From NCBI GenBank assembly GCA_965279375.1, contig OZ257156.1:1376001-1440000 (forward strand): 64,000 nt of DNA, written 5' to 3'. The position numbers were made by a program, and so were the translations under genes. The notes below the pieces were generated by a model. It worked only from the letters and a program-made list of their open reading frames with translations. It searched no databases and was not told where the DNA came from. Origin of the DNA: Gemmatimonas sp. (GTDB lineage: Bacteria; Gemmatimonadota; Gemmatimonadetes; Gemmatimonadales; Gemmatimonadaceae). Positions 10,372 through 18,697 of this stretch are shown one piece after another. Numbering within the stretch: position 1 is the first letter of the stretch; each line of letters begins with the position of its first letter.

Positions 10372-10794
10372 TCACGGCGCGTCCGCGGCCCACTGTGCAC
10401 GGACCTGGCGCAAGAACTTTGCGCGCTGGCCCCGCATGAACGCGATCGTGGCGGCCGGCGCCTCCGTCTGTTCGTGGTCCGCCGACCAGAGCACCAGTTC
10501 GGTCATCATCGGCGCCAAGGCGATGCCCTTAGCCGTCAGACGATAGACGAAGCGGCGGCCATCCGCGCGGTCGCGAGTCTTCGTGAGAAGACCTGCCAGC
10601 TCGAGACGTTCCAAGCGGTCGCTCAAGATGTTGCTGGCGATGCCCTCCCCCGCTTCGAGGAAGCCGCCGAAGGTCTTGATACCCTTGAACATCAGATCGC
10701 GGACGATCAGGAGCGACCACGGGTCGCCAAAGAGTTCGAGCGCGAGGCTGATCGGGCATCCGGAGCGCGGCTGCGACGACGATGTACGAGGCAT
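10372..10794 (-). CDS. HxlR-family winged-helix regulator
   Basis: SGCPISLALELFGDPWSLLIVRDL, IASNILSDRL, YRLTAKG. Start set at ATG 10794. Confidence 0.9.
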   Translation of the reverse strand: MPRTSSSQPRSGCPISLALELFGDPWSLLIVRDLMFKGIKTFGGFLEAGEGIASNILSDRLERLELAGLLTKTRDRADGRRFVYRLTAKGIALAPMMTELVLWSADHEQTEAPAATIAFMRGQRAKFLRQVRAQWAADAP

Positions 10795-10813
10795 GAAAGA
10801 CTCCGGAAAAACA

Positions 10814-10832
10814 TACTTGCACGGTGCAAGTA
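10814..10832. promoter_or_regulatory. Putative HxlR operator / divergent promoter
   Basis: Perfect palindrome TACTTGCAC-G-GTGCAAGTA between the divergent HxlR gene and the membrane gene. It contains TTGCAC on both strands. Confidence 0.7.
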
Positions 10833-10881
10833 ATATGGTAGCTTGGGCGACCATTGTCGGACCCTCACCCTGGAGTCGTCT

Positions 10882-11289
10882 ATGGGTCGCCCCTTCTGGC
10901 TGGCCGTTGCGGCGTATCTCGTGCCCACCTTCCCGCTTGGGTACTTCTGGCACCTCACCACCTTTCGGGCGCAATACGACCGGCTTGCAATGTATCGAGA
11001 GCCGGTCCTCATACCGCTCGGACTGAGTTCCATGTTGATCCAGGCGGTGCTGTTTGCGTGGCTCTATCCCCGCGTCTTCAGCACCAGCCGCGACCTCTGG
11101 CTCCAGAGCGCGGGCGGGTTCGCACTCGTGGTGGGCGTATTGGCGTGGTCCTTCACGACGCTCCCGGTTGCCGCCAAGTATCGCATGACGTCCGTGTCGC
11201 AGTTCCTCCTCCTGGAGTCGGCGTTCACGGTGGTCCAGTTTCTGGTGGTCGCCCCGCTCATCGCGCTGGCGTGGCGGGATCCGGCGTAG
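10882..11289 (+). CDS. Four-TM membrane protein (DUF1761-like)
   Basis: GGAG RBS, four hydrophobic helices, LGYFWHL..F motif. Confidence 0.7.
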   Translation: MGRPFWLAVAAYLVPTFPLGYFWHLTTFRAQYDRLAMYREPVLIPLGLSSMLIQAVLFAWLYPRVFSTSRDLWLQSAGGFALVVGVLAWSFTTLPVAAKYRMTSVSQFLLLESAFTVVQFLVVAPLIALAWRDPA

Positions 11290-11308
11290 TTGCAGCGCCG
11301 ACTGGTCC

Positions 11309-11445
11309 GGCTAACCATGCGCTGCTGTTGGCAGGGCCTTCAATGATTGCCGCCTTGTTCGTTGCACCGCGCCGGCGCGGACTCCCTCCCGTGCTTGCGC
11401 GCGCTCCTTCGCGCCCACCTAATTGTGGAGGAACGCGGTGCAGGC
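11309..11445 (+). repeat. attC-like site 9 (left arm clear, right arm degenerate)
   Basis: GGCTAAC CATGCGCTGCTGTTGGCAGGGCC. Right end poorly defined (GAACGCGGTGCAGGC). Confidence 0.65.
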
Positions 11446-11474
11446 ACGCATGGACGACATCCTAGGACCTCTCT

Positions 11475-11747
11475 ATGGACTCTCGACTGACCCTTGGTTT
11501 CGTCGCGACGTGGTTTCTCTTCGGCATGGCGCGCATCGTGTTCTCGTCCGCGATGGTCCACCATCGCATTGACCATCCGGACCCCACCCAGGCGATCGCG
11601 TTCACCCGAGAGGCAGCGAAGGCACGGGTAAGCGCCGCGAACTACGATGCGCGGGGCCGGGGACTCCTCCCGTGGTATCGGGCGGTCACCACGACCTATT
11701 GGGTCATCGTGGCCTGCACAGTCGGGGTCGCCGTCTTGGTTGACTGA
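11475..11747 (+). CDS. Small two-TM hypothetical protein
   Basis: AGGA RBS, two hydrophobic segments, 90 aa. Confidence 0.55.
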   Translation: MDSRLTLGFVATWFLFGMARIVFSSAMVHHRIDHPDPTQAIAFTREAAKARVSAANYDARGRGLLPWYRAVTTTYWVIVACTVGVAVLVD

Positions 11748-11789
11748 GGTCCTCTCGCGCCGCGCTCCGTTCCGGAGGGCACGCGCCGT

Positions 11790-12773
11790 GTGCTTAGCGA
11801 GCAGGTGCTCCGGTGCGCCGTCCATTTCGCGCGGTACAGCGCCGCCACGCCGCACCATTACGTGTTCTTCCGGCACGAGCACGAGCGCATCGCGGACACG
11901 AACTTTCTCCATCACCCCAGCATCGACGGCGCCCAACTCACGTTCACCTGGCGGGAGCTGGAGCCAACGCCCGATCACTACGCCTTCGGCGCGATTCGTG
12001 AGCGGCTGGCCTTCCTGACGGCGCGCGACAAGCGGCTCTTCCTGCAACTCCAAGACGTGTCGTTCAGTGAGACGGTGGTGACGCCGGACTATCTGCAGGC
12101 AGACACGGCGTATCACGGAGGGATCGCGCGGAAGTACGAAGTCAGCGCCGACGGCGTCGCGCACTTTGACGGGTGGGTGGCGCGTCGGTGGGACCCGGCG
12201 GTGCGCGCCCGCTTTGCGCGGTTGCTCGCTGCGCTCGGACGGGAGTGCGATGGGCAGATCGAGGGGATCGTGCTGGCCGAGACCGCGATCGGCTTCGACG
12301 ATCCGACGCGACGGCCATCGGGGCTTGCCGCCGACAGCTACGCCGGCATACGAGAGATCCTCACGGCAGCGCGCGGGGCGTTTCGGCAGTCGTGCGTCAT
12401 CCTCTACGCCAACTTCATGCCGGGCGAGTCGCTGCCCGGTAACGACCACGGGTACCTGCGGGGCGTGCATGCGCACGCGGCCGCGATCGGGGTGGGCGTG
12501 GGCGGGCCTGATGTCTTGCCGTATCGTCCCCTTCAGCGCAGCCACAGCCTCGCCCTGATCGAGCAACGGGCAGCGGGCGTGATTGCAGGCATGGCGGTCC
12601 AAGACGGCAATCTCGCCGACCGGAACCGCAGCACGGGGCAGCGGATTACAGTCGCCGATCTCTATGCGTTCGCTGCGACGCGGCTCCACCTCACCTATCT
12701 GTTCTGGGGCACGGAAGAGCCATACTTCACCACCGACGTGCTGCCGTTTCTTCGCGCCCTTCACCGTCGGTAA
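11790..12773 (+). CDS. Hypothetical glycoside-hydrolase-like TIM-barrel protein
   Basis: TWRELEP..DHYAF, RWDPAVRARF, IVLAETA and GGPD motifs reminiscent of clan GH-A-like barrels. Start uncertain. Confidence 0.6.
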   Translation: MLSEQVLRCAVHFARYSAATPHHYVFFRHEHERIADTNFLHHPSIDGAQLTFTWRELEPTPDHYAFGAIRERLAFLTARDKRLFLQLQDVSFSETVVTPDYLQADTAYHGGIARKYEVSADGVAHFDGWVARRWDPAVRARFARLLAALGRECDGQIEGIVLAETAIGFDDPTRRPSGLAADSYAGIREILTAARGAFRQSCVILYANFMPGESLPGNDHGYLRGVHAHAAAIGVGVGGPDVLPYRPLQRSHSLALIEQRAAGVIAGMAVQDGNLADRNRSTGQRITVADLYAFAATRLHLTYLFWGTEEPYFTTDVLPFLRALHRR

Positions 12774-12793
12774 AGGCGCCTGGCGCCTGCTCT

Positions 12794-12903
12794 ACCTAAC
12801 CTTACGTTGCCATCAATGGCACCGCGAAGGATCGCGAACTCTTCGCTGGCGCTCGCTGGCCGCAACCGAGTGAAGGGCCCTGCGACAGCACGCGCTGTTG
12901 GAT
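12794..12903 (+). repeat. attC-like site 10 (R' = GTTGGAT)
   Basis: ACCTAAC CTTACGTTGC ... GAAGGGCCCTGCG ... GTTGGAT, 110 bp. Confidence 0.85.
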
Positions 12904-12940
12904 GGCACTCGCGCCTGCGCATGGGGTACGGCCCGATCGC

Positions 12941-13249
12941 ATGCTACCGAATCGCATCCTGGTCTCCACGTACGTGGGGCGTCACCTACGCCTGTGGGCA
13001 CTGCTCCGAGTCGGACTGAGTGGCGTGTTTCTGCTCGCCGGGACCAATCCGCTGCACATCACGCCTTGGACGGCGTGCGCCGTGGTGGTGCTCTGCGCCG
13101 CGGTCAGCGTAGTCGAAGTGCGCGTGCGCCACGAACGTGCACTCCTCGGCAACTTGGGCGTCGATGCGTTCGCCCTCAGTGTCCTGCTGATCGCACCGCC
13201 GCTCGCCGGGGAACTGGTGGTGCGTGGGCTTGGCGCACTCCGCGGATGA
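12941..13249 (+). CDS. Small membrane protein
   Basis: Three hydrophobic segments. The stop overlaps the next start (ATGA). Confidence 0.65.
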   Translation: MLPNRILVSTYVGRHLRLWALLRVGLSGVFLLAGTNPLHITPWTACAVVVLCAAVSVVEVRVRHERALLGNLGVDAFALSVLLIAPPLAGELVVRGLGALRG

Positions 13250-13962
13250 CCGCCCTCCTTCGCGTCGAGAGCGTGGCCAAGTCCTATGAGGGGCGCCGCG
13301 TGTTGTCGTCGGCCTCGCTGCGCGCCGTGCCAGGCGAACTGCGCGTGCTCTTTGGTCGCAACGGCATCGGGAAGTCCACGCTGCTCAAGATCGCGGCCGG
13401 ATGCGTCGCGCCCGACGGCGGGACCGTGCACTTCGGGGCGCGCGCGTACTTGCACGCGCGTCTCCACACGTTGGCGTCGGCCGGCTTGTTCAATCTCCCG
13501 GACGCGGACCTCTTGTCGTCGGCGTTCACGGTGCGGCAGCAGCTCACGTTGTTTCAGTGCCAGTACGGCGGTGGCACGATCGACGAGGCAGCGGCGCGCG
13601 TCGGCATTGGCGCCCGCCTGGATCAGCGTCCCGACACGTTGTCGGGCGGGGAGAAGCGGCGCGCCGAGTTGGCCGCGGTGCTGGTGCGACACCCCACGTG
13701 TCTGTTGGCCGACGAGCCGTATCGCGGGCTCGCGCCGCACGACGCCGAGGTGCTTACCGGCGTCCTGCGAGGGCTCGCGGCCGAGGGCGTGGCGGTGCTC
13801 GTTAGCGGCCACGAGGTGCCGACGCTCCTCGACGCCGCGGATCACATCACATGGTGTACGAGCGGCACGACCTACGAACTCGGGCCGCCGGCGGTCGCTG
13901 TGCAACACGCGGCGTTTCGGAGCGAGTACTTGGGTCCGTGGCGCGTGCCGCCTACCGTCTAA
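13246..13962 (+). CDS. ABC transporter ATP-binding protein (LptB-like)
   Basis: Walker A GRNGIGKST, LSGGE, LLADEP and H-loop. Stop TAA inside GTCTAAC. Confidence 0.88.
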   Translation: MTALLRVESVAKSYEGRRVLSSASLRAVPGELRVLFGRNGIGKSTLLKIAAGCVAPDGGTVHFGARAYLHARLHTLASAGLFNLPDADLLSSAFTVRQQLTLFQCQYGGGTIDEAAARVGIGARLDQRPDTLSGGEKRRAELAAVLVRHPTCLLADEPYRGLAPHDAEVLTGVLRGLAAEGVAVLVSGHEVPTLLDAADHITWCTSGTTYELGPPAVAVQHAAFRSEYLGPWRVPPTV

Positions 13963-14070
13963 CCTCCCGTTGGTGTAGATGGTCGCTCTGCGGCGCGGCG
14001 TGTAACTCGGCTGCTCGCGGTGACGCGCTCACGGCTTCCACGTTGGGCCGCCGAAGCGAAATGGTCAGGC
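13957..14070 (+). repeat. attC-like site 11 (divergent interior, R' = GTCAGGC)
   Basis: GTCTAAC CTCCCGTTGG ... GTCAGGC, 114 bp. Its right flank is complementary to the left flank of site 12. Confidence 0.75.
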
Positions 14071-14191
14071 ACCTTTGCCCAGTGTGTGGTGTAGGTCACC
14101 GCGGAGCCGCTCCCCTGCCTGCTGCTCACTCCGTTCGGGCCGCGAGGTGACCCGGCGCCGACCCCTTCCGACCGTTCCCCGGAGCCATGCC

Positions 14192-14785
14192 ATGCGTCTC
14201 ATCCGGCAGTCCACCGTGCGCGCTCTCGCCCTGCTCAGCAGCCTTGCCCTCCCTGCGATGGCGCAAGAGCGCGCGGCCCGCACCCATACGACCGGATTGT
14301 TGCTCGGGTATGGGACCGAAGCGAACGTGGTTACGAGCCAGCCGGGCGTCCCGAGTACCGCGAACGAGCACGTGGTCGGGCAGGGACTTACCCTCGGCTA
14401 TGGTTTCACTCGGCACTGGGCCGCCTACATCAACGCGGGCTGGGGCGGCTTCGAGACGACGCGGGCCAACCGGACGGGCGTCGGCTCGGTGGACCTTGGC
14501 GCGCGCTACCATGCGCCGACGGTCTTCCGCGTGATCACCCCGTTTCTGCAAGGCGGGCTCTCCAGCCGCACGCTCAGTCGGGATCGCGTCGAGGCCTCCA
14601 CGGGCCTCGTGCAGAACGGGATGGCGTGGCGCACGATGGCGGCGTTTGGCGGTGGCGCGAACGTCCATGTCACGCGGAGCCTCGCGGTCACCGGCATGTC
14701 GACCTGGGGCGCGACGTCCGGCGGGATTGCGAGCCCGCGTCTGCATGTGGGCGTGCTTCTCCTGCCGGGTGCCTGGCGCCGGTGA
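14192..14785 (+). CDS. Outer-membrane beta-barrel protein (OmpA/OmpW-like 8-strand)
   Basis: Signal peptide ending AMA-Q, then alternating beta strands (GLTLGYGF, VDLGARY, PFLQGGL, FGGGANV). Confidence 0.75.
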   Translation: MRLIRQSTVRALALLSSLALPAMAQERAARTHTTGLLLGYGTEANVVTSQPGVPSTANEHVVGQGLTLGYGFTRHWAAYINAGWGGFETTRANRTGVGSVDLGARYHAPTVFRVITPFLQGGLSSRTLSRDRVEASTGLVQNGMAWRTMAAFGGGANVHVTRSLAVTGMSTWGATSGGIASPRLHVGVLLLPGAWRR

Positions 14786-14819
14786 ACGCCAGCGGGTCCG
14801 CGATCGGGAGGGCAAAAGT

Positions 14820-14938
14820 GCCTAACAGTGCGTTGCTGTTGCCTACTGCTTGACGAATTGCGGACGGTTCGCCGCGCGCACTGCGCTCGCCGGCCGCAAC
14901 AGATTGAAGGCCGCTGCAGCGGAACGCAGTCGCCAGGC
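14820..14938 (+). repeat. attC-like site 12 (R' = GCCAGGC)
   Basis: GCCTAAC AGTGC GTTGCTGTTGC ... GCAGCGGAACGC AGTC GCCAGGC. The L boxes pair with one bulged base. 119 bp. Confidence 0.82.
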
Positions 14939-15084
14939 AGCCTCTGACGTGTGAGTGCAACAACCGAAATGACCCGGCGGTAGGCTCCATCGGCCTGCGA
15001 CGCGTCTGTCGGTGCATGGCGATGAAAGCGCGGCACCCGAACGGGACGCGCCATATGCGAAGCTCAATGCAGACGGAGCGACGG

Positions 15085-15663
15085 ATGCGGACCTCACGCG
15101 TGTGGGGCGGGCTCGGGTTGGTGGTGATGCTTACGCCGCCAGTGTCGGCGCAAGACACCAATGGCGAGGGCAAGGCGGTGACGGATGCGCGAGTCCGGTT
15201 CTCGCTCGCCGATATTCAGAGTCTCGAGGCGTGGACGACGCGGCACACGACCCTCACGGGGACCGTGCAGCCGTCCGAGCCGCCCACGACGCTGCGTGTC
15301 CGCGTCCGAACGACGCCCGATTCGGCCTATCGCACTATCGTGCGCGTGCTGACGGAGCGAGGGTACTCCGTGCGGGACGGACTCCCGCATGCGTTGTCCA
15401 CGAGCGATCACTACGTCGCCGGGGTGGGCATGGTGCGCGTCCATGTGCGCGTGCTTCCCGACAGCCTCGGATCCGTTGTACACGTCTCCGGCGAATGGCG
15501 CCGGTTGCGCCGGCTGTTGATCGTGTCCGCGATGTCAAAGGACTCCGTCGTCATTGCCGCCGGCGCAGGTGGCGCGCGTGGCGCGCAGGCGTGGCAGGAA
15601 CTGTCGGCGATCGGCGAGGAGCTTGGCGGGGTGGTGCTGGATGAGACGGACCTCCACCGTTGA
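15085..15663 (+). CDS. Secreted hypothetical protein
   Basis: GGAG RBS before ATG 15085, signal peptide ending VSA-Q, no recognisable family. Confidence 0.55.
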   Translation: MRTSRVWGGLGLVVMLTPPVSAQDTNGEGKAVTDARVRFSLADIQSLEAWTTRHTTLTGTVQPSEPPTTLRVRVRTTPDSAYRTIVRVLTERGYSVRDGLPHALSTSDHYVAGVGMVRVHVRVLPDSLGSVVHVSGEWRRLRRLLIVSAMSKDSVVIAAGAGGARGAQAWQELSAIGEELGGVVLDETDLHR

Positions 15664-15698
15664 TTCTGTCGGAGAGTCTGCGGTGTTGGTTGGTCGCG

Positions 15699-15810
15699 GC
15701 CTAACCTTGCGTTGTGGCGGTCAAGGCCTGTTCGGATGGAGGCCTATTGCTCGCTTCGCTCATTGCGGAATCCCACTGAAGGGCCCTGCAAGCGAACGAA
15801 TTCGTATCGT
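15699..15810 (+). repeat. attC-like site 13 (degenerate R')
   Basis: GCCTAAC CTTGCGTTG ... GAAGGGCCCTGCAAGCGAACG AATTC GTATCGT. Confidence 0.8.
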
Positions 15811-16052
15811 ACCCGCCTCCGCCCTGCTGCTGTTCACGCGTTGCACGCCGAACGGCAATGTGGCAGCCGAGACGTGTCGTTCGGCGAGCGGAGAATAGAC
15901 AGGTCCGGGCTTCGCGAGTATTCGTGCGGTGACGTATTCTGTAGCTTCGATGAATACGCGCACTCCATTCTCGGGGAACCATTCTTGTCACGCATGCTTC
16001 GCGAACGAAAGGACGACGGCAGGTGCGGTCCGAATTGCAGCCCCGCGCGCGC

Positions 16053-16775
16053 ATGAGTGAGCCGGTTCAATCGACACGGTATCGGCTGCTCGTCGACCAC
16101 CTCGGTACGGGGCTTACGCTGAGCTACCTCGTTCTGGTGGCGATCGGCATGTTCCACAGTGTCCTCGGATATCGCCACTTCGGGATAAACATTCTGGACT
16201 ATGCCGAGGCCAGCGACTTCCTGCTCGCGCCGTTTCGGGACCCCATGGTGATGGTCGTGACGGTTCTTCCCGCCGTCCTCGCGTGGGCGTATCTGCGATT
16301 CGTCGAACGGTACTCCACGCGCGTGCGGGAGCGGCGTCGCGCCGAAGGGAAAGCACTCGCCTGGTGGGAAAGCAGCGACGCCACGCTGGCGCGCACGAAG
16401 CCACTGGGGCCGTTCCTCGTAGTCGGGATGGCGATGTTCTGGGTGTTCACGAGCGCGAACGCCTACCAACGCATTCGCGCCGCACAGGTGATGCGGGGGG
16501 AGGGACACAACGTCATCATCGAACTGACGAACGGAACACTCGATGGCGGTACTCCCCGTCGTCCGTTGGTCATGGTCGGGGCGACGAGTCGCTACTTCAT
16601 TTTCTTCCGCACGGCGGACTGGCGGACGGAAGTGATGCCAACCGATAACGTGTTGCGGATCCTTCCCGACGGATCGCTACCCGAGTCCAGTGTGTCGCGC
16701 CGTGAGCGCAGTTGGCAGCGGCTCGATGCACGTCCACTCCCGCCAAGCGGCGCGGACTCGACGAAAGGGCGCTGA
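16053..16775 (+). CDS. Hypothetical membrane protein
   Basis: TM helices with YRHFGINILDYAEASDFLL and a C-terminal VGATSRYFIF soluble domain. Confidence 0.7.
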   Translation: MSEPVQSTRYRLLVDHLGTGLTLSYLVLVAIGMFHSVLGYRHFGINILDYAEASDFLLAPFRDPMVMVVTVLPAVLAWAYLRFVERYSTRVRERRRAEGKALAWWESSDATLARTKPLGPFLVVGMAMFWVFTSANAYQRIRAAQVMRGEGHNVIIELTNGTLDGGTPRRPLVMVGATSRYFIFFRTADWRTEVMPTDNVLRILPDGSLPESSVSRRERSWQRLDARPLPPSGADSTKGR

Positions 16776-16779
16776 GTAG

Positions 16780-16827
16780 GCCGGCTGCAACTTGTTGATT
16801 TGAAATGCAGTCGCGCGAACGTCAGGT
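16780..16827 (+). repeat. attC right-arm-only remnant
   Basis: GCGAAC GTCAGGTCGCA matches the right arm of site 2 and is complementary to the left flank of site 14. No TAAC left arm. Confidence 0.7.
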
Positions 16828-16853
16828 CGCATCACACACTCTTCTCACATGCA

Positions 16854-17408
16854 ATGAACGCTGGTTCTACGAGCGTCGCTGACGCACAACGCGACATGCG
16901 CGCGGGGTACTACGGTGGGGCGCCGGGAATGTTCGCGTCCGCGCTGGTCTGGCTGGTCGCGGGCGTCGTCGCGACCACGAGCGCGCCGCCGCGCGCGATC
17001 CTGGCGCTGTTCGTCGGAGGCATGGTCATTCACCCGCTCGGCGTGGCGCTCACAAAGGCGCTCGGCCGCTCGGGTGCGCACACGCGGGGCAATCCGCTCG
17101 GCGCGTTGGCACTCGAAAGCACCGTCATCCTGCTGCTCGGCTTCCCGCTCGCGTTCGTGGTGTCGCAGACCCACGTGACGTGGTTCTTTCCCGCCATGTT
17201 GCTGGTCATCGGCGGACGCTACCTCACGTTCTCGACGCTGTATGGGATGCGGGTGTACTGGGCCGGTGGCGCGATGCTCGCCGTCGCCGGGTTTCTGCTG
17301 GTGGCGATGGACGCGCCGTTCCATGTGGGGGCGTTTGTCGGCGCTGCGATCGAAGGCGCGTTTGCCCTGCTCATCTTCCGTCTGATCCGGGGAGCGGATA
17401 GCGTGTGA
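16854..17408 (+). CDS. Multi-TM membrane protein (DUF7010-like)
   Basis: AQRDMR..Y.GGAPG, NPLGALA and WFFPAMLLVIGGRYL.F.TLYG motifs. Confidence 0.75.
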   Translation: MNAGSTSVADAQRDMRAGYYGGAPGMFASALVWLVAGVVATTSAPPRAILALFVGGMVIHPLGVALTKALGRSGAHTRGNPLGALALESTVILLLGFPLAFVVSQTHVTWFFPAMLLVIGGRYLTFSTLYGMRVYWAGGAMLAVAGFLLVAMDAPFHVGAFVGAAIEGAFALLIFRLIRGADSV

Positions 17409-17463
17409 TGTGCGGGCTCGTCGACAATCGGGAGGCATCCAATGGACCGGTGCAGACGACGCG

Positions 17464-17520
17464 ACCTAACCTTGCGTTGCGGCAGATGAGGCTTGCACGG
17501 ACTGACACGGTGCTCGCTAC
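17464..17520 (+). repeat. attC-like site 14, left half only
   Basis: ACCTAAC CTTGCGTTGC ... GGACTG ... TGCTCGCT, after which similarity stops. No R'. Confidence 0.75.
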
Positions 17521-17566
17521 CTGATCGACGAGTTCCAGCCAAACAATTCTTCTCGGTGGAGCGACG

Positions 17567-17995
17567 ATGCCCCTGCAGGTTGTGGAGACGATTGTCGTGG
17601 CGGTCACGCCAGAGCCCGTGTGGCGTGCGGTGACGGATCCGGCGGAGCTCATCCAGTGGTATGCGCCTGGCTGTCGCTGGGAGATCCCCGAGCTCGCGGT
17701 GGGCGCACCGGTGCGCTTCTTCAACAGCGAGACGGATGTGCAGCCCGCAGAGATCATCGCGCTCGTGCCTGCGCGTCGCTTGGCGCTCCGCTGGCGACCG
17801 GATCCCACGCTGCCGACCGCAACGCTGTGCACCACGTACGAACTGGTGCCGACCGGGACGGGGACGACAATCACGCTCCGGCACGACGAGTACGAGTCGG
17901 TGCCGGAGGCGCAGCGCGCGGATTGGCTGGCGGCGGATCAGGGCGCGGTGCCGGCGATTCTCGCGGCGCTCGCCCACCACGTCGCGCCCGTATGA
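17567..17995 (+). CDS. SRPBCC/AHSA1 domain protein
   Basis: PEPVWRAVTDPAELIQWY and GTTITLRH motifs. Confidence 0.85.
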   Translation: MPLQVVETIVVAVTPEPVWRAVTDPAELIQWYAPGCRWEIPELAVGAPVRFFNSETDVQPAEIIALVPARRLALRWRPDPTLPTATLCTTYELVPTGTGTTITLRHDEYESVPEAQRADWLAADQGAVPAILAALAHHVAPV

Positions 17996-18043
17996 GAGCG
18001 GCTGCTTCGTACGTGATACCCTGATGGCGACGGAGCGCAATCA

Positions 18044-18634
18044 ATGGATGTAACCCCGCTGGTGTTTCTGCCGTTCTTCGGCGTCGTCGCTGTGCTGGGG
18101 ATTGGCGTGCCAACCGCGGCCGTGCTTGCCCTGCGCTGGCGCCGGGCGGCCGCACGCCGGACCAGCGTCGGCGGCTGCGGTCGGTGCGCGGCTCCGATGT
18201 CGGTCGCCGACGAGCAGTTCCTGGTGCTCGGTCGGCCAGTCTGTCGCGCGTGCGCGAACACGCTGCGCCGACGCGTCGGCGGGAGCATGATGGCCGTCGC
18301 ACTCACGATCACCGCATTGTTGACGGTATCCACAGGGGCGGTTCTCGTGGATCTGGTCGTCGATGGCGCCCCGTCGTGGCGGTGGTGGACGAAGAACGCG
18401 CGGCTCGCAGTCGTGGTATTGCCGACCGTCGCTCTGCTGACCGCGTCGGTGCTTGCCATTCGCGTAGGAGCGCTCGCGAATCGCCTCGGTGCGTCACGCG
18501 TAATGGGGGCCGGCGGCGGCCGTCCTCGCCTCCCGCTGCTCGCGCGCCTTCTGGCCACGTTCGAGCTGCCCGAGGAAGGGCACGACCGGGCCATACCGAT
18601 GCGCGTTCGCGCGCGTGACGACAAGACGTCGTAG
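18044..18634 (+). CDS. Hypothetical membrane protein with CxxC...CxxC zinc ribbon
   Basis: TM helix, CGRC...VCRAC, then two more TM helices. Confidence 0.6.
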   Translation: MDVTPLVFLPFFGVVAVLGIGVPTAAVLALRWRRAAARRTSVGGCGRCAAPMSVADEQFLVLGRPVCRACANTLRRRVGGSMMAVALTITALLTVSTGAVLVDLVVDGAPSWRWWTKNARLAVVVLPTVALLTASVLAIRVGALANRLGASRVMGAGGGRPRLPLLARLLATFELPEEGHDRAIPMRVRARDDKTS

Positions 18635-18697
18635 GTTGAATGCATAGGTGACGTGAGGAACGCTAAATGGAGGGCGACCCCACAGCGATCTGGTGCC

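Noticed and set aside
11340..12764. Long antisense ORFs (e.g. 11340-12764, 32018-33451, 58120-59295, 60242-61414, 63205-63999)
   Set aside because: They are shadow frames of real genes in high-GC DNA, Arg/Ala/Pro-rich and without family motifs.
12774..12790. AGGCGCC-T-GGCGCCT hairpin as a terminator
   Set aside because: The loop is too small and there is no U-tract.
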